Positions 10,696 through 20,134 of a stretch of DNA of 46,384 bases are shown here, in pieces. Origin of the DNA: a bacterium. GTDB taxonomy: Bacteria > Patescibacteriota > Dojkabacteria > JAKAPS01 > JAJZLI01. The notes under the pieces are model-generated. The model made no database searches. It was not told the DNA's origin and saw only the letters and a program-made list of their open reading frames with translations. Where the stretch lies: the NCBI GenBank assembly GCA_021791275.1, contig JAJYWX010000034.1, forward strand, positions 1 through 46,384, in the 5' to 3' direction. Within the stretch, counting starts at the first letter, position 1. Each line of letters begins with the position of its first letter. Both the position numbers and the translations under genes were made by a program.

Positions 10696-10854
10696 ATGAA
10701 AGTTACTTGTTTAGAATGCCAAAATGAATTTCAAGTAGAGCCTGTTTCTAACGGTGATACAGTAGAGTGTCCCTTTTGTGGAATTGAACTCGAGTATAAA
10801 GGAAAGAATCCTCAAGGAGAGGAATCATTTGAAATAATAGAGGAAGAAAAATAA
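10696..10854 (+). CDS. LysW-like zinc-ribbon carrier protein, 52 aa (absent from the ORF track)
   Basis: Manual translation MKVTCLECQNEFQVEPVSNGDTVECPFCGIELEYKGKNPQGEESFEIIEEEK: CxxC...G..VECPxCGxELE as in LysW, strongly acidic, with its own promoter. Confidence 0.85.
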   Translation: MKVTCLECQNEFQVEPVSNGDTVECPFCGIELEYKGKNPQGEESFEIIEEEK

Positions 10855-10858
10855 ATCC

Positions 10859-11017
10859 GTGTTCGAGAAAAAAGAGTATACAGGCCCAATTTTCCATAGG
10901 AAAGATAAATGTAATCCATTTGAAGTCATTAGAATATTTGGTGAAATAGTAGAAAAAGGTGGTGACCCTAGAATATCTGAGATAATTAAAAAGCTAGAAT
11001 CTACACAAGAAGAATAG
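10859..11017 (+). CDS. Small hypothetical protein, 52 aa (GTG start, absent from the ORF track)
   Basis: MFEKKEYTGPIFHRKDKCNPFEVIRIFGEIVEKGGDPRISEIIKKLESTQEE; starts 4 nt after the LysW-like stop and fills the gap up to the next promoter. Confidence 0.45.
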   Translation: MFEKKEYTGPIFHRKDKCNPFEVIRIFGEIVEKGGDPRISEIIKKLESTQEE

Positions 11018-11022
11018 CCATA

Positions 11023-11051
11023 TTGATTTATATTATAGGATGTTGTATAAT
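11023..11051 (+). promoter_or_regulatory. Sigma70 promoter
   Basis: TTGATT (11023-11028), 17 nt, TATAAT (11046-11051), then 6 nt to ATG 11058. Confidence 0.6.
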
Positions 11052-11057
11052 GGAGGT

Positions 11058-11240
11058 ATGAATAGTGAACATCAACCTACCACACCTAAAGAATGGTTTG
11101 ATAATATGCGTGAACAATTGTCTAAAGCTGAAATAGGAGGATCTAATCCTGATGAATCTAATCCTTATGTTACTGGAAATGGTTTAGATAGACTAAGACT
11201 TTTAGCTCTTAGGAGAATAAGACAGGAAACAGGGATTTAA
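11058..11240 (+). CDS. Small hypothetical protein (60 aa; start revised from 11040)
   Basis: Open frame MNSEHQPTTPKEWF...RQETGI; ATG 11040 lies inside the promoter, which favours 11058. Confidence 0.55.
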   Translation: MNSEHQPTTPKEWFDNMREQLSKAEIGGSNPDESNPYVTGNGLDRLRLLALRRIRQETGI

Positions 11241-11251
11241 TAAAATTAATA

Positions 11252-12235
11252 TTAAGATTTAAATATTATTTCTGGAGATAACTTTATTTTGAATTTCTTA
11301 TACACCTCATTTTGAACTTTATCCATTAAATTTTTTACATCTTTTTCTGTTGCATTTCCAGTATTGACTATATAATTTGCATGTTTGTCATATATTTGGG
11401 CTCCACCTATTTTTTCTCCCTTTAGTCCACATTGATCTATAACCCATCCTGCTGAATTTACAGGAGATCCAATTTTTTCTCTTTGATTATCAGTTATATT
11501 TTTAAAAATTGATCCTGCAGAAGGTAGTTTTGGTTGGATATTTGTTTTTCTTTTTAACCATTCTATAGATGTCTCTCTGGCTTTTTTAACATCTCCTTTA
11601 AATAAAACTAAATTTGAAGATAATAATATATGTTTATTTTCATGAAGTACACTATAATCATATCCAAATTTAAAAAAGTTTCTATCAACTTCCTCAACAT
11701 CACCTTCTAGAGTCAATATCTTAGCCTTATATAAATAATTACCTATAAGTTTAGATCCTCCATGGATATTATTAAAGATTGCACCTCCTACTGTTCCTGG
11801 TATAGCAGAAAAGTATTGTATTCCTGTGATATTCTTTGATAATAAATCATTTATAAGGTAGGTAAGGTTTACTCCGGATGAAACATTTACAATTACTTGA
11901 GCATACTTTTTCTCATCTTCTTCAAGGTCTGTAAATTTGAAGTATTCTCCTTCCCTATAAAATGATTTATCATCACTTATTTCAATTCTTGATTTAATAT
12001 CAGAAATATTAGTCTCTTTATATTTATTAATTATAGTAAGACCTTTTATACCTTTATCAGATATTAATACATTACTTCCCCCACCTAAAATAGTTATTGG
12101 GAAGGATTCTTTTTTCGCAAATTTTAAAAGATTTATTAAATCTTCTTTAGTGTTTGCTATTGAAAAAAATTGAGCATCTCCACCTATTTTAAAAGTTGTA
12201 TATTCTTTCAAACTTATGTTTTTATCTATTTTCAT
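11252..12235 (-). CDS. murB: UDP-N-acetylmuramate dehydrogenase
   Basis: YTTFKIGG, LGGGSNVL, IPGTVGGA..NN, QP..PSAGSIFKN, KHANYIVN and L.PEI motifs. Confidence 0.95.
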   Translation of the reverse strand: MKIDKNISLKEYTTFKIGGDAQFFSIANTKEDLINLLKFAKKESFPITILGGGSNVLISDKGIKGLTIINKYKETNISDIKSRIEISDDKSFYREGEYFKFTDLEEDEKKYAQVIVNVSSGVNLTYLINDLLSKNITGIQYFSAIPGTVGGAIFNNIHGGSKLIGNYLYKAKILTLEGDVEEVDRNFFKFGYDYSVLHENKHILLSSNLVLFKGDVKKARETSIEWLKRKTNIQPKLPSAGSIFKNITDNQREKIGSPVNSAGWVIDQCGLKGEKIGGAQIYDKHANYIVNTGNATEKDVKNLMDKVQNEVYKKFKIKLSPEIIFKS

Positions 12236-13313
12236 TATTTATAATTTTAATAAAATTTTTTGCAGATTTGTCCCAAGTATACTCTTTTAATAAGTTTTTA
12301 CCTTTACTTATCATTGATTTCCTTAGAGATTCATTATTAAGCAGTAGTATTATTGAATCTTCTATTTCTTTTTTATCAAAAGGATTCACATATATTGCGG
12401 CGTCCTTTAAAATCTCTCTAATAGAGCTTTTATATGAAGCTATTACAGGAGTTCCCAAACTCATAGCTTCAAGAGGAGGTAGTCCAAATCCTTCATAATA
12501 AGATAGAAATAAAAAAATCTTTGCATTTTTATATAGAGAAAATAGTGTTTTGATATCAACCATACCTACAGGTATAAATTTCTCATTTTCATTTATTTCA
12601 AGAAATTGTGATGCATGCTTTTCTCTATTAATATCTCCAACAAGAATACATTTTATTTCTATCTTAGTCTCCCTCATTATATCTTCAAGGATTTTATTAT
12701 TTTTTCTTTTTTCACCTCCTCCTATAGCCATTATATATGGAAAATTGATTTTAAGTTTATTTAGATAGTGTTTACTATTAAATGGTGCTCTTTTTTTGTC
12801 AATTCCGTGTTTCACTACAAATATTTTACCAGGGTCTATCTTCAAATATTTTACTATTTCTTTTTTTGAAAATTCTGATATTGTATATACAATATATTTT
12901 TTAGGGAAAATTTTTAATGTTAATACTTTTACCCTATATTTTATTTTGTCATATAATTTATCATAATAATTATTTAGGGCAATAGGTATAACATCCTGTA
13001 TTGATATTATAGTTTTTCCTTTAAAAAAAAGTGGATAAACTATATTCTCTACTGAGAAGAATCTATCGAAATGATTTTTATTTAATAAGTGAGATAATCC
13101 AAAAATTTGCCATATATAAGTGAATTTTTCTCCTCTTTCTTTGGGAGATTTTATTTTTTCACATTTTACTTTTGGAAAAGGATCATCCCCTGTATAAAGA
13201 ATAGTATATTTATTTGATTTATCATATTTAATTACTTTAGGATATAAGTTTCTTATTACGTTTCCTGTCCCAGTATTTGATTGTGCTTCTCTTGCATCTA
13301 GTAAAATACGCAT
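12222..13313 (-). CDS. Glycosyltransferase family 4
   Basis: RKNN, YEGFGLPPLEAM and ISEFSK motifs. Confidence 0.9.
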   Translation of the reverse strand: MRILLDAREAQSNTGTGNVIRNLYPKVIKYDKSNKYTILYTGDDPFPKVKCEKIKSPKERGEKFTYIWQIFGLSHLLNKNHFDRFFSVENIVYPLFFKGKTIISIQDVIPIALNNYYDKLYDKIKYRVKVLTLKIFPKKYIVYTISEFSKKEIVKYLKIDPGKIFVVKHGIDKKRAPFNSKHYLNKLKINFPYIMAIGGGEKRKNNKILEDIMRETKIEIKCILVGDINREKHASQFLEINENEKFIPVGMVDIKTLFSLYKNAKIFLFLSYYEGFGLPPLEAMSLGTPVIASYKSSIREILKDAAIYVNPFDKKEIEDSIILLLNNESLRKSMISKGKNLLKEYTWDKSAKNFIKIINNENR

Positions 13314-13315
13314 AC

Positions 13316-14431
13316 TTATTTTATTAAGCTAATTAACTCTTGTGCTTCTTTCATTCCAGAATCTTTATCTGATAATTTCTCACAAACTTTTTTATATCTT
13401 TTTAGTCTTTTTGGATTCTTTGTTACACTTTCAATACTATCTACTACATTCCTTTTATTCACTATACCTGCTCTTTTCATTTTTATAAAATCAGCACAGT
13501 CCTTCTCTTGTCCTCTAACATAATTTATTACTATTGGTACTACTTTTTTAGTAAATAACTCTTGTATTGTTGTTGATCCTGCTTTACATACAGCAACATC
13601 AGATACACTCATTACCTCTTCCATATTATTTATGAATCCAAGATTTACTATTTTCATTTTACTTTTCTTTGATAATTTTTCTATATCTTCATATGTTTTT
13701 TTATTTTTTCCATTAATAACTATTGCTTGATATCTTTCTGGGTCTTTCTTCATCAAATCTTTTAAAATTTTAGTGGGATTTATTGTTCCACTTCCTCCAA
13801 ATGTAAAGAGTACTGTGTATTTATTATTATCTAATTTATATTTTTTCCTTATTTTTTCAACATCAACATTTTTAGAGAATTTTAATTTTACTGGGATTGG
13901 ATGTATATTTATATTTTTAATTCCATGCTTTTTACATTGCCTTGCAACATATGTATTAGGAGCAATATATAAATCAGAATTACTATTTAGCCAACTCTCA
14001 TGAACATTATACATATCAGTTATAACTACAGCAAAAGGTATATTTTCCTTTCTTGATATCTCCCCTGCTATTTTATTTACAAGTGGATGAACAGATATTA
14101 TTAAGTCTGGTTTAAATGAATCTATAAGAGAAGTTATTTTTTTTCTGGACTGAATTCTAATTAAAGATAGAAATAATGATAACCTTATTTCATTATCTGT
14201 GAAATAATATCCAGATGTATATAATGTCGGAACATATTTTACTATCGGAACATATGATTTGGATATTCCCTTAACAAGTCTTTTTGAATAATCTTGAAGT
14301 GCATCTACGATTTTGATTTCAAATTTATTAGAGTCAATATTTTCAATATGCTCTTTTAAAGTTTCTGCTACAGATAGATGGCCGTTTCCTGTTTTTGACA
14401 TTAGAATTAATATTCTCTTCTTCTTTTTCAT
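13316..14431 (-). CDS. MGDG synthase/UgtP-like glycosyltransferase (GT28)
   Basis: TGNGHLS.A, DLIISVHP, VITD...H..W, FGGSG, KAGSTT.QE and GQE motifs. Confidence 0.85.
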   Translation of the reverse strand: MKKKKRILILMSKTGNGHLSVAETLKEHIENIDSNKFEIKIVDALQDYSKRLVKGISKSYVPIVKYVPTLYTSGYYFTDNEIRLSLFLSLIRIQSRKKITSLIDSFKPDLIISVHPLVNKIAGEISRKENIPFAVVITDMYNVHESWLNSNSDLYIAPNTYVARQCKKHGIKNINIHPIPVKLKFSKNVDVEKIRKKYKLDNNKYTVLFTFGGSGTINPTKILKDLMKKDPERYQAIVINGKNKKTYEDIEKLSKKSKMKIVNLGFINNMEEVMSVSDVAVCKAGSTTIQELFTKKVVPIVINYVRGQEKDCADFIKMKRAGIVNKRNVVDSIESVTKNPKRLKRYKKVCEKLSDKDSGMKEAQELISLIK

Positions 14432-15504
14432 AAATCTTTTTCAATAAATTTAATTATTTTACTAGTTGATGGTATTTTGCTATCTACTATTTTTCCTCTA
14501 AGTTCTATTTTACCACTTAATATCTTATTTACGGTAATTTTTAATTTTTCTTTATTATTTATCTCTATACATGCATTGTTTTTTTGAAAGAAGATACTAT
14601 TATCTTTTTCCTGTCCTGGTATTGCTTTATAAATTATTATAGGAACTCTTTTTAGATTTAATTCACTCAGAGAGAGTCCGCCTGCCTTTGTAATGGCAAT
14701 ATCAGATATACCCATTATATCTTCGATATTCTCTTCATATCCTAGAATTATAGTATTTGGGAAATTTTTTTCTTCTAGATTTTCTTTCAACTTTTTATTT
14801 TTAGCTGTTATAACTATGATATTATATTTTTGAGATAAATTAGATATTATATATTCCGCATCTGGAATAATTCCATCACCTCCGCCCATTAAAAGAATTA
14901 CCTTTTTATCATTATTAATTGATAGTCTTTTCTTAACTTCAGATTTATTTGTAGTTTTATAAAATTTCTTCTTTATGGGTATTCCTGTTATGTGTATTTT
15001 ATTTTTATCTATATCAGCTTTTTCAAACTTTTCTTTTATCTCATTATTTGCTACAAAGTATCCGTCAATTTTTTTTGTTATCCATCCATCATGGGCATAG
15101 TAATCTGTTACAACAGCATATTTCTTGTAAGCATCAATAAATGAGAGTGCTATAGTTGAGTTTGGAAATGTGGATATCAAGATTGAATTTTGAAGTTTTT
15201 CCTCCCCTATCCTACTTTTTAATTTCTGAGCTATTAGCATATCCATTATAGAGTAATCTGACCCCTCTTTGTTGATGAGTATATAGTAAATTATCTTATA
15301 TAAATATGGTAAGTTTCCTATTATATATTTGTATGTACTCCCTAATGCTTTTTCGATATTTTCACTTACTAATGAAAAATAGTCTATTACTTCAACACTT
15401 ACCTTAAATTTGTTTTCAATCTCTTCTTTTAGTGCTTCACTTACTGCTCTGTGTCCTTTTCCTATATTTTCATTTATTATATAGATATTATCTTTTTTCT
15501 CCAT
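14428..15504 (-). CDS. MGDG synthase/UgtP-like glycosyltransferase (GT28)
   Basis: IGKGH, ISTFP, VVTDY..H..W, TGIPI, MGGGDG, TKAGGLS.SE and PGQEKDN motifs. Confidence 0.88.
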   Translation of the reverse strand: MEKKDNIYIINENIGKGHRAVSEALKEEIENKFKVSVEVIDYFSLVSENIEKALGSTYKYIIGNLPYLYKIIYYILINKEGSDYSIMDMLIAQKLKSRIGEEKLQNSILISTFPNSTIALSFIDAYKKYAVVTDYYAHDGWITKKIDGYFVANNEIKEKFEKADIDKNKIHITGIPIKKKFYKTTNKSEVKKRLSINNDKKVILLMGGGDGIIPDAEYIISNLSQKYNIIVITAKNKKLKENLEEKNFPNTIILGYEENIEDIMGISDIAITKAGGLSLSELNLKRVPIIIYKAIPGQEKDNSIFFQKNNACIEINNKEKLKITVNKILSGKIELRGKIVDSKIPSTSKIIKFIEKDL

Positions 15505-16606
15505 GGATTTTTTTTATTTCTTTTAGCAATTTCTGGGCAGACTTATTCCAATCAAAATCTTTTAGTACCTTTGTTCCCTTTTTTATTAACTCTTTTCTAA
15601 GATTCTCATTACGTATGACTTTTATCATAGCATCTTTAATTTCATCTTTTTCATAAGGGTTTATAAGTATTGCTCCATCTTTCGTTGCTTCTGGTATTGA
15701 AGTTATCTCAGAAGTTATTACTGGGATTTTATGCCTAAATGCTTCAAGAGGAGGTAGTCCAAATCCTTCATATATACTAGGGTATACAAACATATCTGCA
15801 TTTTTATAAAGTACAGAAAGTTCTTTATCAGATACTTCTCCTAAAAATCTTATCCTTTCTTTTAAATGTTCTGGAACTTTTCTCTCATCCATAGGAATTT
15901 TTTTTGAATATAGCTTTCCTATAATTACCAAATTATGCTTCAATTCTGAATTCTCTTCAATCATATCTATAAATGCAGAAATTAATGTCTTATTATTTTT
16001 TCTAAGTTCCATTCCCCCAATACCAAGAATATATGGTTTTTCTATATCAAAATTTTTAATTATTTCATTATCATTGGATATATCTTTTAATCTTTTATCC
16101 AAAGCTTCTTTTATTATGAAAATTTTATTATCAGGTATTTGAAGAATTCTTTTTATCTCATCCTTAGAGAATTTTGATACTGTCATAATTTTTTCAGGTG
16201 GAAATATTTTTGACATGAAAACTTTGAATTTATAGGGGCTAATTTTATTTTGTAAATACTCTTTGAATACTATTGGAATAAGGTCATGTATTGTCAATAT
16301 TGTTTTTCCCTTAAAGAAAGGTGGAATTATAAAATTCTCTGTTGATAAAAATATATCCACTTTTTCTTTTTTTAATATATAGGGAAGGTAAATAAATTGC
16401 CAAGTCAATTTCTTTTTTGTAGAAAAAGCGTTCCTTATCTTTTTCACATTCTTTTTATTAATATCTTCAAAAGGGTCATCTTTTCCTAAAAGTACTATGT
16501 ATTGATTTTCATCATCGATTAAAAGCAACTCTTTTGTAAGGCTATATGCTACCCTACCTATACCTACTTTAAGATTTGCGAATCTTGCATCTATAGCTAT
16601 TCTCAT
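15488..16606 (-). CDS. Glycosyltransferase family 4
   Basis: IAIDAR, TIHDLIP, VSKFSK, RKNN and YPSIYEGFGLPPLEA motifs. Confidence 0.92.
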   Translation of the reverse strand: MRIAIDARFANLKVGIGRVAYSLTKELLLIDDENQYIVLLGKDDPFEDINKKNVKKIRNAFSTKKKLTWQFIYLPYILKKEKVDIFLSTENFIIPPFFKGKTILTIHDLIPIVFKEYLQNKISPYKFKVFMSKIFPPEKIMTVSKFSKDEIKRILQIPDNKIFIIKEALDKRLKDISNDNEIIKNFDIEKPYILGIGGMELRKNNKTLISAFIDMIEENSELKHNLVIIGKLYSKKIPMDERKVPEHLKERIRFLGEVSDKELSVLYKNADMFVYPSIYEGFGLPPLEAFRHKIPVITSEITSIPEATKDGAILINPYEKDEIKDAMIKVIRNENLRKELIKKGTKVLKDFDWNKSAQKLLKEIKKIHGEKR

Positions 16607-16659
16607 ACTTTGTTTTTAGATAATATAGAACTTAAGTATACAATAATTAGTATATAATA

Positions 16660-18087
16660 TTAAGTATTTTCCCCTTTTCTTCCAAGACCAATACTTTCTT
16701 TTATAAATTGTATGCTGATTTCTTTTAATATTACTAACATTACAAAATATACTATAAGGCCTACGAATGAAATTAATATTATATTTAGATTTTTAAAATA
16801 AAACATTATAAATCCAGCTATTATGCCTGCCAATACAGGTACCTTCAAAAATTTTAAAAGTCTTATCTCATAACTTCTTTTAAGTATTGTATATGAATAT
16901 ATTCCAATAAAAAGTTCTGTTAATATTGATGCAAATGCTGCTCCTGGTGCATTGAAATAAGGTATTAGAGAAAAATTAAGTACTATATTGATAACCATTG
17001 ATATTGCAAGTCCTAATAATAGTTCTTTTTGCCTATCTATTGCACCAAATATATTTCCTATTAGTGCATTTACAAATATTAATCCTGTTGTAATTGATAA
17101 AAGTTGTAGAGGAAGTATTGATCCATAGTATTTATATCCAAATATCAATAATACATAGCCTTTGGAATTTAGTATCATTTCAACTACAAATATTACTGCA
17201 AGTATTATCATGAATTTGATACTGTTATTAACTAGATCAGAAAAGGCAGAAAGATCCTTTTTAAAAAGTAGAGAAAGAGATGGGAATAGTACCCCTATAA
17301 GTATTCCAATGATTGATGTCACAACTCCAGTTGCAGATCTTGCAAGAGCATAATAACCTACCTGAGTGATTGGTTTGATTGAACCTAGTATTACTTGATC
17401 TATTGTAAAATAGACTGTTACTACAATAGAACTTAGTCCGTATGGCCAAATTTCTTTAAGCATATATTTCCAAAAATCTTTATTAATAGAAAAAGAGAAA
17501 TTTGTAAACCTTTTTTTTATTATAAATACTGCAATTATTACAGATATAAGTGATGTTATAAAAAAGGCTAGTGAGTAATCTAGTAAACTTTTGTAATAAT
17601 AAAGTGCGATTATTCCAAGTATTAGCATTAGTATTTTTGATATTGTAGTATTTATAGATTCATAAACCATTTTGTTGTGAGATCTAAATATTCCTGCAAA
17701 AAGAATATAGAATCCATTTAGTATGTTATATAGACCTAAGAAAAGCATTATAAGAGTTATATCTGTATAGTGTTTTACAAAAAGTGATGTGATTGTTATA
17801 AGTAGAAGAATTATTATTCCTATGAATATTTTTAGAGATACTATGTTATCAAGGTATTTTTTTGCAAGGTTAGTATCTCTGGCGATATCCCTTATTAGTA
17901 CTGTAGACATTCCGAAATCTACGAATATTGCAAATATACCTACAATTGAATTAGCATAGTTATAGATTCCGTTATACCTTGGCCCTAGATGTTTTGCTAA
18001 TATTAGTGTTAAAAAAAGAGATACTATTATTGATATCCCCTGTGAAGTTAGAAGCCAGAGTGTATTTTTCCTTATTTTATCAATCAT
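16660..18087 (-). CDS. Wzx-type polysaccharide flippase (MOP superfamily)
   Basis: KNT.W, LGP..NG, DFG....IRDIA, VGYY and NIVLN..LIP..GAA.AS motifs; about 14 hydrophobic segments. Confidence 0.9.
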   Translation of the reverse strand: MIDKIRKNTLWLLTSQGISIIVSLFLTLILAKHLGPRYNGIYNYANSIVGIFAIFVDFGMSTVLIRDIARDTNLAKKYLDNIVSLKIFIGIIILLLITITSLFVKHYTDITLIMLFLGLYNILNGFYILFAGIFRSHNKMVYESINTTISKILMLILGIIALYYYKSLLDYSLAFFITSLISVIIAVFIIKKRFTNFSFSINKDFWKYMLKEIWPYGLSSIVVTVYFTIDQVILGSIKPITQVGYYALARSATGVVTSIIGILIGVLFPSLSLLFKKDLSAFSDLVNNSIKFMIILAVIFVVEMILNSKGYVLLIFGYKYYGSILPLQLLSITTGLIFVNALIGNIFGAIDRQKELLLGLAISMVINIVLNFSLIPYFNAPGAAFASILTELFIGIYSYTILKRSYEIRLLKFLKVPVLAGIIAGFIMFYFKNLNIILISFVGLIVYFVMLVILKEISIQFIKESIGLGRKGENT

Positions 18088-19546
18088 TTAATATTTTAAA
18101 TGCTATTACCTCAACTATAAAGATAACCATCCAAATCTGTAATATATATATTGTTGAAAAAGTTGCATATTGAAGTAGTATTCCACATAGTGCAGCAAAA
18201 GAAGATACCAATATTATCTTTTCTAAATCCATATTCTTTTTCTTTTTATAAGCTTTGATGAAATTTCTAAAAATTAAATAAAAGAAATATATAAAAAGCG
18301 CAGCCCCCAATATACCTGTTTCTGTAAGTATTTCTAGATATTCATTATTAACTATAGCCCAACCAAATCCTTCTATCTGTCCAAAATTTTGAGGTGGCAT
18401 TACATATGGGTTTACAGACATATAGGGGCCAAATCCACCAGATCCTATTCCAAAAATAGGAGAAGTTTCAAATGCCTGTATTGCGTTATTATCTAAAAAT
18501 ACTCTGTCTGGAGAATTTAAATTAGTTGCTCTTGATATAAGGTTCTGTGCAAAATGAGGCAATTTGTCCACTTTATATAGCCCAAAGACAATTATTCCCA
18601 ATACAAGTATTACACCGATACTTGTATATATAGTTTTTTTAGGAACTTGGAATTCTATTAAAAAGATTATTGCTATAACGATTATTGCTAATATTTCTCC
18701 AATCCATGCACCTCTTGCATATGTTAAAATTAAATTTAATCCTCCTAAAATTAATGCTCCAATAGCCAATCTATATTGATTATCAGTTAATATTTTTTTA
18801 CCTTTATTAAAAATTAATAGACCTAAAGATAAGGTGACAGAGAAAATTAAATATGTGCCATAATATAGAGGTTCTATTTCAGTTGCCTCTATTCTTGGGT
18901 ATCCTAAAACAGATTTAACATAAGGAGCTCTTAACCCCAAAACTGATCCTGGTAGTCCGAAAATATTACCGAAGTATTGATAAAGTCCAAAAATTGAGAG
19001 AATTATAGTTATTGATAAAACCACGGAAGGTATGTACTTTATATATTTTGTATCAAAAAAATTAAGAGGAATTGAATAATATATTATGAATGTAATTAAT
19101 GTGAATATAAATATTTCAAGATTTCTTGTAAGATTTATAGATGCAGTTAAAGATAAAATATTCGCTATAATAAGAAGAGCTATAACTATAAGTGTTTTAT
19201 CTTTTTTAATTTTAAAGTCTTTATTGATTAGAGAATGAATTATAAATATGAAAGAAGTTAATCCTATTATAATCTGATCAAACCTTATATGTATTGAATG
19301 AAAATAAAATCCCCCTATATTTTCAAATGGCATAATAGCAAGTGTTATAAGTATACCAATATTAGGGTTTTTAAATATAGCTATAATTGCTGATATCAAA
19401 ACAAATATTATTATAAATATTAGAGGTAATAAATTTACTGTAGGAAGGAAAATTTTATCTGATATTGCAAGCAGTACTATTGATAATATAACAGCTGTTA
19501 TATAGTAGTACTTTGTTGGATATATATAGTCAATAATTTTTTTCAT
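18080..19546 (-). CDS. O-antigen ligase/polymerase family membrane protein
   Basis: Multi-TM; R..AT..EP, LTYARGAW, SPIFGIGSGGF and NNEYLEILTETGILG motifs. Confidence 0.85.
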   Translation of the reverse strand: MKKIIDYIYPTKYYYITAVILSIVLLAISDKIFLPTVNLLPLIFIIIFVLISAIIAIFKNPNIGILITLAIMPFENIGGFYFHSIHIRFDQIIIGLTSFIFIIHSLINKDFKIKKDKTLIVIALLIIANILSLTASINLTRNLEIFIFTLITFIIYYSIPLNFFDTKYIKYIPSVVLSITIILSIFGLYQYFGNIFGLPGSVLGLRAPYVKSVLGYPRIEATEIEPLYYGTYLIFSVTLSLGLLIFNKGKKILTDNQYRLAIGALILGGLNLILTYARGAWIGEILAIIVIAIIFLIEFQVPKKTIYTSIGVILVLGIIVFGLYKVDKLPHFAQNLISRATNLNSPDRVFLDNNAIQAFETSPIFGIGSGGFGPYMSVNPYVMPPQNFGQIEGFGWAIVNNEYLEILTETGILGAALFIYFFYLIFRNFIKAYKKKKNMDLEKIILVSSFAALCGILLQYATFSTIYILQIWMVIFIVEVIAFKILND

Positions 19547-20088
19547 GATATAACTTCAAATTTTTTAAATTCATTCATATATTTTAAAAATTCTATTTGT
19601 AGATCATCTATATTAGTTTTAGGTATATCTCCGTTTATAAAGTTTATCATAGTATATATATTATCATAAGAGCCTTCCATTTTAGTATCTATATATCCTA
19701 TTTCTGTTCTTTTTATCCATCCATATATTGATAAGCTATCGGCATACCTTTTTATTATTCTTTCAAAAGATTTATTTTCTATAAATCCAAATATTTTTAT
19801 ATAAACTTTTAATTTTATTTCACTTCTATCCTTAACTACATATAAATTTTTAAAATCACCTCTGTATTGAATATTTTTTTTCTCAATACTCTTTTTTGAT
19901 AATATTTTTTTATTATGTTTTTCTATCAATTTTTCTATTAGGTCTTTTTTGCCTTCAAGTTCTGCGATTGAATTCTTTGTATCTATATATCCAGTAAAGT
20001 TAAATTTTTTACATAACTTTACTGTTAATGGATAATTAAAATTTCCTGTGATTAAAACTCTTGAATCTTTATTCACACTATCATTCAT
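19543..20088 (-). CDS. Protein with degenerate acylphosphatase-like domain(s)
   Basis: C-terminal half (I.G....SF....ADSLSIYGWIKR..G.I....EG) follows the acylphosphatase pattern without the catalytic Arg/Asn; the N-terminal half is a similar, weaker pattern. Confidence 0.5.
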   Translation of the reverse strand: MNDSVNKDSRVLITGNFNYPLTVKLCKKFNFTGYIDTKNSIAELEGKKDLIEKLIEKHNKKILSKKSIEKKNIQYRGDFKNLYVVKDRSEIKLKVYIKIFGFIENKSFERIIKRYADSLSIYGWIKRTEIGYIDTKMEGSYDNIYTMINFINGDIPKTNIDDLQIEFLKYMNEFKKFEVIS

Positions 20089-20134
20089 ACTGTAATTAAA
20101 GTAAATATGAGAAGTATTATACCATTATACTGTC

